A stretch of 64,000 nucleotides of DNA from Bdellovibrionales bacterium (GTDB lineage: Bacteria > Bdellovibrionota > Bdellovibrionia > Bdellovibrionales > JAUICD01), in the NCBI GenBank assembly GCA_965197425.1, contig CBDANC010000014.1, forward strand, positions 192,001 to 256,000, read 5' to 3'. The stretch's first letter is position 1. Each line of letters starts with the position of its first letter. Positions 20,236-32,724 of this stretch are shown here, piece after piece. The translations under genes and the position numbers were made by a program. The notes under the pieces are model-generated. The model saw only the letters and a program-made list of their open reading frames with translations, searched no databases and had not been told where the DNA came from.

Positions 20236-21837
20236 ATGAACCAAAGTTTTGCAGAGTTACCCAGAAAGCACTTCGACTTAGTTATTATAGGTGGTGGTAT
20301 CATGGGTGCTGGCATTGCCAGAGAGGCACAGTTGAGAGGAATGAATGTGCTTCTGTTAGAAAAAGGAGATTTTGCACAAGGCACCAGCTCTAGATCAAGC
20401 AAGCTTATTCATGGTGGGATAAGATATTTAGCAAATTTAGAGTTTGATCTAGTATTTGAGTCTCTACAAGAAAGAACAAACTTATTTGATATGGCACCTA
20501 ACCTGGTTTGGCCTGCTAGATTTGTATTGCCTGTATATAAAAACTCCGAGTTCAGTATGGGTAAAATGAAGCTTGGTATGATGTTATACGACTTATTGGT
20601 TGGTATAAATCAGCTTAAGCCCCATAGAAAACTAAGTGTAACAGAAACCTTAGATCGTATACCTTTTATTAATGCAGACAATATGGAAGGGTCTTTTATA
20701 TATTCTGATGCCTATACAGATGACTCAAGACTTGTAATAGAAACGATTAGATCTGCTACAAACCATGGTGCTACTTGTATTCCTTATGCCAAAGTCACTG
20801 GTGCCACCATGAACAAACAGAAAATCATTGGCTTAAATGTAAAGTGTAACAGTAGCAATTTTATGGTGAAGGGTACTCATTTTGTAAGCGCTGTAGGCCC
20901 TTGGACAGATAAATTTGCTAAGAATATTTTTGGCAAGTGGAATAATACCTTAAGACCTTCTAAGGGAGTTCATATTACTTTGGAAAAGCAAAGGCTACCT
21001 ACAGAAGATTCTGTTGTGATGGTAGATCATCCAAACTCTAGAATAGTATTCTGTATAGTGAGGGATGACATGATAATAGTGGGTACAACTGACACTGAAT
21101 TTGATAAGGATCCAGAAGAAGTATCCACCAGCAAAGCTGATGTGGATTATCTTATTAAGATGTGTGGTCAGTATTTTCCCAAGGCAAAAATTAAAAAAGA
21201 TGACATAGTGGCGTCTTATGCAGGTGTTCGTCCACTTGTAGGAGATGAAGCAGATTCTGTAAACAAAACCAGTAGAGAATCTAAGATAATATTCGACCCC
21301 AGAAATATTACCTTTATAGCTGGCGGAAAATATACAAATTATAGAAAGACTTCCCAGAAAGTTGTAGACACGATCTTAAAAAAGATACCATTTAAAAATT
21401 TGCTAAAGTTTCATAAAGATTCTAATAGTACGAGGCCACTTAATCCGAAAGCTACCGTGGGATGTTTCTCCAAATCTCAGAGTATGATCCCATATTGGTC
21501 AAAACAAACCGGTCTGAGTTTAGACGAGGTTGGTTATTTACAAAAAAGATACTACATGGAAACAGAGGATATATTAGAATACAAAATAAAGCCCTATAAT
21601 ATTCTGGGGTTAGAGGTTGAACATGCAATGAAACATACTATGTGTGTAAGCTTAATCGATTTTTTCTTAAGAAGAACAAATATGTTTTTTAGCTTGCCTG
21701 ATAATGCTATGAGATTTTACAGACAAGTCGCTACTCAGATGGCAGATCGCTTAAACTGGAGTGACAGTAAAATGCAAGATGAAATGGCAAAGCTAGAAGC
21801 TCATATTCAATTAGAGCTTGGGTGGAAAAACAATTGA
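20236..21837 (+). CDS. glpD: FAD-dependent glycerol-3-phosphate dehydrogenase
   Basis: IIGGGIMG, GTSSRSSKLIHGGIRYL, GTTD, AGVRPL, GGKYT.YR. Confidence 0.95.
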   Translation: MNQSFAELPRKHFDLVIIGGGIMGAGIAREAQLRGMNVLLLEKGDFAQGTSSRSSKLIHGGIRYLANLEFDLVFESLQERTNLFDMAPNLVWPARFVLPVYKNSEFSMGKMKLGMMLYDLLVGINQLKPHRKLSVTETLDRIPFINADNMEGSFIYSDAYTDDSRLVIETIRSATNHGATCIPYAKVTGATMNKQKIIGLNVKCNSSNFMVKGTHFVSAVGPWTDKFAKNIFGKWNNTLRPSKGVHITLEKQRLPTEDSVVMVDHPNSRIVFCIVRDDMIIVGTTDTEFDKDPEEVSTSKADVDYLIKMCGQYFPKAKIKKDDIVASYAGVRPLVGDEADSVNKTSRESKIIFDPRNITFIAGGKYTNYRKTSQKVVDTILKKIPFKNLLKFHKDSNSTRPLNPKATVGCFSKSQSMIPYWSKQTGLSLDEVGYLQKRYYMETEDILEYKIKPYNILGLEVEHAMKHTMCVSLIDFFLRRTNMFFSLPDNAMRFYRQVATQMADRLNWSDSKMQDEMAKLEAHIQLELGWKNN

Positions 21838-21888
21838 CTGCACTTCTGGTAGAATTTAGGATTTACGAGCTGGTGTTGCCAGATCTGA

Positions 21889-23367
<1,479 letters not shown>

Positions 23368-23371
<4 letters not shown>

Positions 23372-24054
23372 TAGGAAGTAAAAAACAAGCTTTAAGTTAC
23401 TTTATGTGCAAGGAGATGTTATATGACTATGTAACAAATAACTTGGGCGATAGAAAAAGTTCCTTTCTGGCAAGTTTATCAGAGCATCCTGAGCTTGACT
23501 CTGACATAAAAAAATTAAAATCTGCTATCGAATTTACCTCAGAGCTGTCTTGTTTTTCTGTGCAATCCAGATTAATAGACGAAATTAAAAATCCTTCCGG
23601 AATTAGAAAGTTTTTAGACTTTTTATTTAACACTCCTATATGGGTAAAGGCAGTTTTTGTGCTTGTGGTTTTATCTTTAGTAGGTTTTTTCTACATGCAA
23701 ACAAGGCCTGTTGATAGTCTGGCTAAAGTTGTAGCAAAGAACACTACATATAGTGGTTCATTTGTACAAAGGCAAACATTAAGATATTCGTTAGAACCTA
23801 AAACCGGAGATAATTTGACAGGCTTAGTAGAACAAAAGTTATTAAGCCTAAATGCAAGACCAACACCAGAGGCTCCATTATGGAAAAAAGAGCAAAACGA
23901 TGTGTTATTCACATTTACCATAGACAGAGTAGATTTTAGTGTGTTTGAAGAATATATTAAGCAGTATGGTCTTTTAACAAATTTAGATAGTATAGAGCCT
24001 CAGTATATTGATCAGGCATTTTATAATATTGAGCTCTTACTTAAAATTAGATGA
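23368..24054 (+). CDS. Single-pass membrane protein, anti-sigma-factor-like layout
   Basis: N-terminal CKEMLYDYV..NL, one TM helix, extracytoplasmic C-terminus. 4-nt overlap with the upstream gene. Confidence 0.6.
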
Positions 24055-24822
24055 TTGAATGGTGGTAATATGGATCTTAAAGGTAAAAAAGCGATAATTT
24101 TAGGTGTAGCAAATGATCGTTCTTTGGCTTGGGGAATAGCACAAAAGTTACATCAATTTGGTTGTGAGCTTGGTTTTAGTTATCTAAATGAAAAATTAGA
24201 AAGAAGGGTCCGTCCTTTAGCTGAAAGTTTAGATGCAAAATTAATAGAACCACTGGATGTTAACTGCGACGATCAGGCCGAAAGTTTTTTCAAAAAAGTT
24301 TATTTGAAGTTTGCTAATGTGGACATTTTGATTCACTCGGTAGCATTTGCAGAAAGAAGTGATTTAGAGGGCAAATTTCTAGACACTTCTAGGAATGGAT
24401 TTGAGCTTGCCATGAACACCAGTGTATATTCTTTTATTATGACCTCCAGACTTATTAAGCCTTTGATGAAAGATGGTGGTAGTATAATCACTCTGAGTTA
24501 TTTGGGATCAAAAAAAGTTATACCCAACTATAATATAATGGGTGTTTGCAAAGCAGCTTTAGAATCTAGTGTAAGATACTTAGCCTATGACATGGGACCA
24601 TCTGGTATTAGAGTAAATGCAGTTTCAGCAGGTCCGGTTAAAACTCTATCAGCATCTGGGGTTAAAAATTTTAAAACGATGTTAAATAGCAACCCTGACA
24701 ATGTCCCTCTTAGATCAAATATTGATGCTTCTGATGTTGGGATGGCATGTGTTTATCTGTCTTGTGCACCAAAGGTTACAGGTGAAGTGTTGTATGTAGA
24801 TAGTGGCGCTCATATTATGTAG
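24055..24822 (+). CDS. fabI: Enoyl-ACP reductase
   Basis: GVANDRSLAWGIA, YNIMGVCKAALE, RVNAVSAGPVKTL. Likely start is the ATG at 24070. Confidence 0.97.
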   Translation: MNGGNMDLKGKKAIILGVANDRSLAWGIAQKLHQFGCELGFSYLNEKLERRVRPLAESLDAKLIEPLDVNCDDQAESFFKKVYLKFANVDILIHSVAFAERSDLEGKFLDTSRNGFELAMNTSVYSFIMTSRLIKPLMKDGGSIITLSYLGSKKVIPNYNIMGVCKAALESSVRYLAYDMGPSGIRVNAVSAGPVKTLSASGVKNFKTMLNSNPDNVPLRSNIDASDVGMACVYLSCAPKVTGEVLYVDSGAHIM

Positions 24823-24843
24823 CTAATCTAGTTAATAAATAAT

Positions 24844-25692
24844 TTACGCCTTTACGATCACGGCCCAGATTATGTGAGCAATTGTGAGATGAATTAGTTT
24901 CATATAGGTGGGTGATAGTGTAATTAGCGTTATTAATCCAATTACCACTCCTATAGATATAAAAATTGAGAGTTTTATCGCATACTTTGGATCATCTTTG
25001 TATAACTTGATTATTATAAATAACATTGCAAAAGTTAGTGTCATTGCCAGTATTGGATGTATTATTCTAAGCTTAAGTAGTATATGTGAATTTGGATCAA
25101 GATCACTCATTAGTCCTTCAATTATAGAATTAGAAGGAAACACAGTATTGGACAAAGCTGCTATTCCCCCAGTTGCTACAATCAACAAAAACATTATTTT
25201 TAATGTCGCTATTAAATAGGAGGGGTTAATTTTATTTGTAAATGTTAGATAGTAGGCTTTTGCCACTGAACCTGTAAGTAGAACGCTCGTTACTTGATGA
25301 AGAGACATCACTATTATGCGATCTACGCCGGTATTTCCTCCAACTAGTCCAAAGAGAACCAATTTAGCGCCTATTAGCGCTTCTAGTATTGTTAATGAAA
25401 GAATAAATAATGAAATTTTTCTTATGTTGTGTTGTTTGGAGTAAAGTTTGAATGTCCAAATCACCAGGAGTATAGCGAGTATCCCATATATTCCTGTAGA
25501 AAGTCTGTGAGTTAGCTCTATTAGTGTGTGGGTATTTTCAGTGTCAGGTATAATGGTATTATTACATAGTGGCCAACTTGTGCCACATCCATCACCTGAT
25601 TTAGAAATTCTTACCCATGCACCCCAGACTATTACCAAAATGGAATATATCCATAGGAATACTAGATAGGATCTATATCTCTTAAGGCTCAA
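24844..25692 (-). CDS. ctaA: Heme A synthase (COX15/CtaA family)
   Basis: GAWVR...SGDGCG..WPLC, IELTHR, conserved His residues in TM helices. Confidence 0.88.
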   Translation of the reverse strand: MSLKRYRSYLVFLWIYSILVIVWGAWVRISKSGDGCGTSWPLCNNTIIPDTENTHTLIELTHRLSTGIYGILAILLVIWTFKLYSKQHNIRKISLFILSLTILEALIGAKLVLFGLVGGNTGVDRIIVMSLHQVTSVLLTGSVAKAYYLTFTNKINPSYLIATLKIMFLLIVATGGIAALSNTVFPSNSIIEGLMSDLDPNSHILLKLRIIHPILAMTLTFAMLFIIIKLYKDDPKYAIKLSIFISIGVVIGLITLITLSPTYMKLIHLTIAHIIWAVIVKA

Positions 25693-25866
25693 TTTAATAC
25701 TCCCGCTTATCTGGTTTAGTCTTTTACAAAATTTTATAAAGTTGCGCTAGATTTTAATAAAAATAAAGTGTATTGTTACTATGTCAGGTTCAGACAGTCA
25801 GTTATTGGTTTAAATAGTATAGCAACAGGACAACACATAAGATAACAAACAATAATTTGGAATTGT

Positions 25867-27294
25867 ATGATTAGAGGAATCAGTATGGATATTAAAAGTT
25901 TAAAGATAATGAATACAAAAGCCATAACATTGCTGAGTTTTTTTTGTCTATTGTCTGTATCTAATGCTCAAAACCAACCCCCGGCACAAAACAATAATGT
26001 TATATTATTGGAGTATTCCATATTTCAAATGCTGGCAGAAAATGCCAATTATGTTGTAGGTATTGGAACATCTCAGGCTCATCTTACAGAAAGACTAATG
26101 GTTCCTCCTGGAAATTACACTTTTTTATGCACTGGATTTATGGTTTCAGATCCTACACTAAAAAGCCTAAACATGTCTTTACTTGTAACTGCGACTTCGT
26201 GCAATGGTGAATTAGAAGATAACAGCTCGAGCGGTGAACCATATTATATCCTAGGTGGACCCATGTTGTTTGATTCGGATTTTTCGATTAAAAGACACGC
26301 CCATTTTAGTTCATTTAGAGTTGGTTATGATGGGTTTACAAGAGATGCTACTAATGACCTGATGTATTTAATTTTACCTAATACCATTACGACACCAGAT
26401 AATGCCGAAGTGGATAATTCAGAAATGAATCAGGTTAACTGGAGACTTCCTTCAACTTCTGTTGATATATCCAATGAGCTTGAATTGGGCGAAAAGGTTG
26501 TTTTGATTGGTTATAATAACTTAAGTGGCCCAAATTCTTATGAGTGTATCTACTTAGGAAATAGTGTGATTTATGCTGAGCCTCACTCTAGACCACATAA
26601 ATACACTATTGGAGGCAAGATATTTTGTGATGGTTTAGTTGGAACTGATACTAGATTACATGGTTTAGGTGGTAGCCCTATATTTAAACATGATCTATCT
26701 GGAGTATTAGGTTTTATGACAACTTATTCATTGGAGGATGCTTTTTATGAACTGTCAACTGGTGCAATGATTTCAACTGAAGCAACAAATGGTTTAGTTA
26801 ACTTCGTACCATTGATTGGGTCAAAGATTATAACTGATGGTAATAAGTTTACCAAGCTAGAGACTGTACAGTATGAAGATGGAGTTTTCGAGACCACTAC
26901 CCTTAATCCTAAAACAGGTTATTTTGAAAATTTAAGTATTCCAATTAAAGATAATTATGTCCATGGGGAAATCTTTTTTAGAGATGTTGATGGAAGAATT
27001 ATAGAATATGAAATATATCATCAGGGCAAATTGGTAGATTGGAATGATCTTGATCCTGCCATGTATGATATTTTTGAAAATCAAAACATATATTTAGTAC
27101 AATCTGTAGTTGATGAAACCGCAAAACTTGTCCTGCTCAATAAGCCTAGTGAGGATGTGATTGTGCCATTGACACATTTAGATGATAATGTTGAAAAACA
27201 TGATATAATAAGAGTGTTTTTTGACGATAAAGGCGATATGGACTGGGAGTCTTCTATTATAGATAAAGAGCTTAAAAAGTTTTGGTTTAATTGA
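25867..27294 (+). CDS. Secreted trypsin-fold protein with degenerate catalytic residues
   Basis: CTGFMV, LVTATSC, NDLMYL, VVLIGY, GLGGSPIF and VLGF appear in trypsin motif order. Confidence 0.6.
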   Translation: MIRGISMDIKSLKIMNTKAITLLSFFCLLSVSNAQNQPPAQNNNVILLEYSIFQMLAENANYVVGIGTSQAHLTERLMVPPGNYTFLCTGFMVSDPTLKSLNMSLLVTATSCNGELEDNSSSGEPYYILGGPMLFDSDFSIKRHAHFSSFRVGYDGFTRDATNDLMYLILPNTITTPDNAEVDNSEMNQVNWRLPSTSVDISNELELGEKVVLIGYNNLSGPNSYECIYLGNSVIYAEPHSRPHKYTIGGKIFCDGLVGTDTRLHGLGGSPIFKHDLSGVLGFMTTYSLEDAFYELSTGAMISTEATNGLVNFVPLIGSKIITDGNKFTKLETVQYEDGVFETTTLNPKTGYFENLSIPIKDNYVHGEIFFRDVDGRIIEYEIYHQGKLVDWNDLDPAMYDIFENQNIYLVQSVVDETAKLVLLNKPSEDVIVPLTHLDDNVEKHDIIRVFFDDKGDMDWESSIIDKELKKFWFN

Positions 27295-27341
27295 TTGTGA
27301 TTTATAGTTGATACAATGTCCTTTTATTTTTTGGGTGGTCT

Positions 27342-27854
27342 TTGAATTTACAGAGTTTACAGGGTGTGTTTGCCAAAGGCTTGGAGGATAGTCCAATCGA
27401 CATGAGTTTGATGGACATAATCTTTTTATTTGGTAATTCCATATTAGCTGGTTTATTGTTAGCAGCCTCTACTCATTATATAACTCGAAAACTTACCTCT
27501 GATATATCTCAAACTGATAGTGATACATTGCTTGGAACTTTCAATATATTATTTTTATGTGTTGGTATGACGGGTGTTATGATCTTGGTTAACGATAATT
27601 TTATAAGAGTGTTTGCCATTGTGGCAGCTTTTGCACTTTTCCGTTTTAGAGTTAGTTTAGGTGAAAAAGGTATAAGAGCAAGTTTGTTGTTTGGTGTGAT
27701 GGCCGGCATGGCAATGGGTTTAAACGAAAAGATGTTGGGTTGGATTCTTGTATTTGTATATCATGTGTTATTAATGATTATGTTTGTTGTACATGGGATG
27801 TTTGAATCTGACACCAACATTTCAGACAAAAAAGATTTACAACAAAACAAGTAA
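27342..27854 (+). CDS. DUF4956-like membrane protein
   Basis: Several TM helices, FAIVAAFALFRFR and GMAMG motifs. Confidence 0.65.
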   Translation: MNLQSLQGVFAKGLEDSPIDMSLMDIIFLFGNSILAGLLLAASTHYITRKLTSDISQTDSDTLLGTFNILFLCVGMTGVMILVNDNFIRVFAIVAAFALFRFRVSLGEKGIRASLLFGVMAGMAMGLNEKMLGWILVFVYHVLLMIMFVVHGMFESDTNISDKKDLQQNK

Positions 27855-27946
27855 TTTATTCTGCCAGTTTTATAGCCAGTACTTTTGTCTAACGTGCTTA
27901 TGTGCAACTTGACTATGAAACTGTCTGCAATGAAACTTGACTCACA

Positions 27947-28552
27947 ATGAAATTGTTCCTTTTACTGTTAGTTTCTCTTCATGCAAAACAGTTTGATCTT
28001 GTGGATGTTGCCTTTGACAAAGAGCGGGATGACTCTCAGAGGTGGCGCTCTTTGATTGCACTTTCTGTACAAGATGGAGATCAGTCCGTACAGCACTTGA
28101 GCTCTGCGGTTCTCAGTGATGAGTGGTTTATGCGGGATGCCGCTTTACTTGCTATGGGTGCTGTTGATACGGATCTAGCTTTGGAGTGGGCGAGAAAACT
28201 CATTATCACCGATCCATCCATGCTTGTGAGAACAACTGCTGTAAAGATCATTAAGCAAAATGGTAGTAAAGCTGACATTCCTGTTTTATCTAAGGCAATT
28301 CACAACAAACAGAATTTTAGACATGGAAGAAGTCTTTGGATCAGGCGACATATAGCCGAGGCAATATCATATTTGGATAAGTCATCTTACACTGAGATGC
28401 TAAAGCTTCTAGATGATGATGATACAAGGGTTAACCAGGTTGCACTTAAAGCGCTAGAGGAAATAACAGGCCACAAACCAGATTATAAAGATCATGCCCT
28501 TGAGGGAAAAATATCCGTTTGGAAAGATATATTAATCAGCAAAGCCAAATAG
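27947..28552 (+). CDS. HEAT-repeat protein
   Basis: WFMRDAAL, DPSMLVRTTAV, LLDDDDTRVNQVALKALEEITG. Confidence 0.85.
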   Translation: MKLFLLLLVSLHAKQFDLVDVAFDKERDDSQRWRSLIALSVQDGDQSVQHLSSAVLSDEWFMRDAALLAMGAVDTDLALEWARKLIITDPSMLVRTTAVKIIKQNGSKADIPVLSKAIHNKQNFRHGRSLWIRRHIAEAISYLDKSSYTEMLKLLDDDDTRVNQVALKALEEITGHKPDYKDHALEGKISVWKDILISKAK

Positions 28553-28583
28553 AACACTAGGTAGTGTAACTTAATTTTTTGTT

Positions 28584-29069
28584 TTACTCTTTGCTTTGTT
28601 TTGTAAATAGAGTCATGTAGTATTTAGATAGAAAGTCAATTTTTACAAATTGTTCCTTATGTGTCCAAATGATTTCTCCAAATGCTCCATATCTAGCAGA
28701 CAATGTGGCATCTGAAAGATCTTGGTCTACACCAGAGATTGAACTTACATTATTGTTATAATGGGTGAATTTAATTCTAATTTCTCCCGGTATAGTAGAT
28801 GAAAATATAAGTTTATATCCGTTTCTAAATAGCATAAAGTCAGCAGTGGTGTTTGCTATTCCGTATATTTTTACTCCACCAGCGCTTAAGCCCCTTAGTT
28901 GATTGAAGGCAGAAACATAATCTATAAAGCTTTCTTTGATTTGTCTTAAAAAAGAAGTTGTGGCGTTTTGAAGTTCTAATTGTATATCATCTGATTCCCA
29001 AAGAGTTTCTTTTATACCTTGAGTTTCCGTATAAACCAGATCCTTTATCCAATCTATTTTACTCATCAA
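28584..29069 (-). CDS. Conserved hypothetical protein
   Basis: GGAGG RBS, 161 aa, co-oriented with the upstream gene. Confidence 0.75.
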   Translation of the reverse strand: MMSKIDWIKDLVYTETQGIKETLWESDDIQLELQNATTSFLRQIKESFIDYVSAFNQLRGLSAGGVKIYGIANTTADFMLFRNGYKLIFSSTIPGEIRIKFTHYNNNVSSISGVDQDLSDATLSARYGAFGEIIWTHKEQFVKIDFLSKYYMTLFTKQSKE

Positions 29070-29081
29070 AAACCTCCATTT

Positions 29082-32078
29082 TTAGAATCCTGCTGCATTT
29101 AATGATATTCCAAAGCTTCTATGATGTTTATCATTAATTGTCCTAAGCCCATGATAAAATCCAAGTTTTACTGTAAAGGGAAAATGATAAAACGCAGTAA
29201 AGTTTAGACTAGCTTCTATACCAATAGATGAAAACAAAGTGTTTTCTATTATATCATATTGAAGTTCTTCCACATCATTTGAATTTGGGACTACACCATC
29301 CATTGGGACTACACCATCCATAATGTATAAATTATCAGCTACAAATCCAGCATACAAGTCTTTCAAAAAAAATGGCCATGATGATAGGTTTTTATATAGC
29401 TTCAAGGCAGGAAACTTGTACTCCAAATTGAAGCTATGCAGGTTAACACCCGCAAAAAAACCACAATCATAACCCCTTAGAAGATGTGGAGATGCCACAC
29501 TAGACGGTATCCCTAAGATTGATCTTGCCGCACAGGCGACAGCACGTCCACCATTTAAATTGTCACCACTTAAGCTGGTTGATACATAGGTGTGTGCAGT
29601 ATTTAATTTAAGCTCATGACCGCTATCAAATACAGGTAGATAGAATTGGTTATCCAATGTTGTCTGATTGCTAATATCGGGATTAGAAAGGTTATACCAC
29701 TGTGTTAGCCCAATTCTAGGTCCGCTTTTTACTATAAAACCATTTGCTCTTCTAGTCTCTATATCTTCATACGATAGCCCTACGGTTGGTCCAAAATCCT
29801 CACCCTTACCATTTTGTGCATATATAAGTCCCAACTCAGCTTTTAGCTCGTTTCCTTCTGTCAAATTTTTATCGATGTCCAAACTTACGATGTTTTCTCT
29901 TGCAAACACAGTGCCTTCTTTTTCATGAAAGAAACGATAATAGCTACCCACTGACAAACTAGTCTGTACAGGTAGCATATAGTTGTTATAGCTGAATAAT
30001 CCAACCAAGTGAGGAGTTTTATCTTCCCGTGAATATATGGATACACCAGCTGACACAGTATAATTATGACTCTCTGTTGGGTCCTCACCTTCTGTTTTTG
30101 CTAATAGTGACCAGTAATCACCAACATATTGTATTGCAGGATACCATGCCTTAGGTATAAGATGCTGCAGGTGATTGTAGTTAGTTATCTTGTAGTTTTC
30201 TTCTGGTAGAAGTTGTTTGCTTAAGACAGGTTCTACATGTGGAATATTTATTTCCGGAGTTTTAACCGCTTCTAAGCCACTTTTTTCTCCTACCAAATGG
30301 TAACCATCACTTTTTAGCTCTGCATATATTATTTCTTTTGATCTCTCATCCCATGTTCCGTTTAGGACATCCGTACTGGAGTTGGTTATTGGCCATGAAT
30401 TTTGTTTTGTGTGAGACCAAAAATACAAATTGGAAACTCCAGACACCTTAGAACTATAGAAAAATCCATCATTAATCTTGGATAGAAAAGAGGAGTTTTG
30501 CTTCGCACCTTTAAGTAGGCTTACCATATTGGAAGTTGGATCAAAAACTTTTATTAAATCAACTCCAGATGCTCTTTCACTAAACAAGATCTTGGCAGCA
30601 TCAAGACTGATTGGATACGACAATCTGATACCAGGCTCTGCTTTATAGATAACCTCTATTTCTTTGGAGTTTAGATCTACTGTAACAATATGATTTACAT
30701 CCGCATCAGTTTGAACTGCAATTAATTTGTTTTGATCCAATGAACTTGCAAATTGTAATCTACCTCCTCGGGTTAATTGTCTTTTTGATCCATCAACATT
30801 TCCAATAAAGAGGTCAGAGTAGTTATAGTAGTTTTTATATCTCTCTATAGCATTGTATACAAATTCTGTACTGCTTATCCAAGAAACCTGGTCTATGGAT
30901 TTTTCATCTAAAAGTTTTTTTTGTTCTCCGTTAATAAATGAATTTTTGTCATCTCTTTTCACTAATATTATTTGTGAGTTTACAGAATCAGTTTGCCTTA
31001 CAAACAACATTTTTTCACCATCGCTACTGATAACTGGTGAGTGATGCATTATTCCATCTTTTGCAAAGAGGCTTTCTGTATTGGATTTGTTTTCTTGTTG
31101 TCTGGGATTGTTATTGGTTATATTTAAATTATCTTCTTTATTCTCTTCTAGCTTTTGTTGGGTATCTACAGAAGTTTTATTGTTGCCACTTTGAGGGTTT
31201 ATTGATTGGATTGTTTTTATTTGTTCTGATGCAACTAGGCCTATCTGTTGGTAAGCCTTGTCTAGATATTTTTGGTAACTATCTTTTATTGATGTATACA
31301 TTTGTAATATCCAATCTGCATGGCTTTGGTTTATTGTCCCTAAGGGAGTATCTTGTTTTGCCTGATTAATTATCATGCCTCCATACATGTATGGCCTATG
31401 ACCTAGGGGCCATGTGGGTATTGAAGTTTCATTTATTGTGTAAATATCATCCATGCCCCATTTGTTATCTTGAAGCATGGCTCTGGCATTGGCGTATAGT
31501 TTTATGTCGTTTAGTCTTCCGGAGGATCTGGAGTAGCTAGATTCTACATCTACAGCCATTCCCTCCGTATACCATCTAGGCATTAAACCAATGGGAAGCA
31601 TTTTATTCCCAAAAATCGATCTAAATAATTTCCACATACCCCTTTGCTGATACAGTGTTACAGTATGGACATATTCATGTAGCATGAGGTTAAATACCCA
31701 GTCTTCAAAGTTGTAGATTGTGGTTAGAGGAGTTGGTAGTACAGACCCTATTCTGATTATTGGGTATGGCCAATTGGTAGCAGAGCCGTGGGCTCTATCA
31801 TCGTAGTCAGTTATTACAACCACTGTTTTTTTAGGGAACTCAGTAAATACTTGTTCTAGAGTTTTCTTTACACTTTCTGACTTATTGGCAACCTCTAAGG
31901 CCAATCTTTCATGCCGTAAGTCAAAGATAATCTGAAAACTTGGAGTCTCTATGCTTTTCCACTCAATATCATGTGGAGCGTTTGGGTATGTTTTTGATGC
32001 AAAAACAGTAAGTAAGAAGCTTAGAATTATGGTTTTTAGATTTTTTTTGTATTCCACAAGATTCAAGGAGGTTACCAC
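29082..32078 (-). CDS. Large exported protein: HEXXH peptidase-like domain, TolB-like propeller, putative outer-membrane barrel
   Basis: LHEYVH...WYTEGMA; SPVISSDGEKMLF and SGVSNLY propeller-like repeats; amphipathic C-terminus ending in Phe. Confidence 0.75.
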   Translation of the reverse strand: MVTSLNLVEYKKNLKTIILSFLLTVFASKTYPNAPHDIEWKSIETPSFQIIFDLRHERLALEVANKSESVKKTLEQVFTEFPKKTVVVITDYDDRAHGSATNWPYPIIRIGSVLPTPLTTIYNFEDWVFNLMLHEYVHTVTLYQQRGMWKLFRSIFGNKMLPIGLMPRWYTEGMAVDVESSYSRSSGRLNDIKLYANARAMLQDNKWGMDDIYTINETSIPTWPLGHRPYMYGGMIINQAKQDTPLGTINQSHADWILQMYTSIKDSYQKYLDKAYQQIGLVASEQIKTIQSINPQSGNNKTSVDTQQKLEENKEDNLNITNNNPRQQENKSNTESLFAKDGIMHHSPVISSDGEKMLFVRQTDSVNSQIILVKRDDKNSFINGEQKKLLDEKSIDQVSWISSTEFVYNAIERYKNYYNYSDLFIGNVDGSKRQLTRGGRLQFASSLDQNKLIAVQTDADVNHIVTVDLNSKEIEVIYKAEPGIRLSYPISLDAAKILFSERASGVDLIKVFDPTSNMVSLLKGAKQNSSFLSKINDGFFYSSKVSGVSNLYFWSHTKQNSWPITNSSTDVLNGTWDERSKEIIYAELKSDGYHLVGEKSGLEAVKTPEINIPHVEPVLSKQLLPEENYKITNYNHLQHLIPKAWYPAIQYVGDYWSLLAKTEGEDPTESHNYTVSAGVSIYSREDKTPHLVGLFSYNNYMLPVQTSLSVGSYYRFFHEKEGTVFARENIVSLDIDKNLTEGNELKAELGLIYAQNGKGEDFGPTVGLSYEDIETRRANGFIVKSGPRIGLTQWYNLSNPDISNQTTLDNQFYLPVFDSGHELKLNTAHTYVSTSLSGDNLNGGRAVACAARSILGIPSSVASPHLLRGYDCGFFAGVNLHSFNLEYKFPALKLYKNLSSWPFFLKDLYAGFVADNLYIMDGVVPMDGVVPNSNDVEELQYDIIENTLFSSIGIEASLNFTAFYHFPFTVKLGFYHGLRTINDKHHRSFGISLNAAGF

Positions 32079-32208
32079 TATCAGCCCATAATTCCAACAT
32101 CATAAATCAGACTTAACAATCAAAAGTTTGACAATATTCTGAACAAGGGTATTATTTATGTTATATTATTCAGGCGGGAAAGTTTAAGTTTTTTTTAGGA
32201 GCGATTAG

Positions 32209-32724
32209 ATGAATTTCTTTAAATTTAACAGGCAGATTGGTTCTGGTCTTGGTGCTTTATTGGCACTAATGTTGTTGGTTTCTTGCACCACGGGTGACAA
32301 AGGAGATGTTGATGCTGGGGGTATAGATGGTGTTTCAGACACTCCCATTGACTTTGATCCTGAGGGTAGTGACAGCAATAACATTCTTGGCCTAAACACA
32401 GTTAACTTTGAATATGACAGGCACACACTTAATGCCGAAATGAGAGAAGCGTTAGATAGGAATGTAGAGTGGATCCAAAATAATACAAATGTAACTCTAC
32501 AGCTTGAGGGACACTGTGATTCTAGGGGTTCTAGTGAATACAATCTGGCACTGGGTGAAAGAAGAGCAGAGACAGTGAAAAACTACCTTGTAAGTAAGGG
32601 TCTTGGTGCTGATATCTTAAATACCATAAGTTATGGTGAAGAAAAGCTTTTGTCAGAGGGTGATACTGATTATGACCATTCTAGAAATAGAAGGGTAAAC
32701 TTCGTACCTAGTACTGCTTATTGA
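32209..32724 (+). CDS. pal: Peptidoglycan-associated lipoprotein (OmpA domain)
   Basis: LVSC lipobox, EGHCDSRGSSEYNLALGERRA, ISYGEE, NRRV. Confidence 0.93.
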   Translation: MNFFKFNRQIGSGLGALLALMLLVSCTTGDKGDVDAGGIDGVSDTPIDFDPEGSDSNNILGLNTVNFEYDRHTLNAEMREALDRNVEWIQNNTNVTLQLEGHCDSRGSSEYNLALGERRAETVKNYLVSKGLGADILNTISYGEEKLLSEGDTDYDHSRNRRVNFVPSTAY

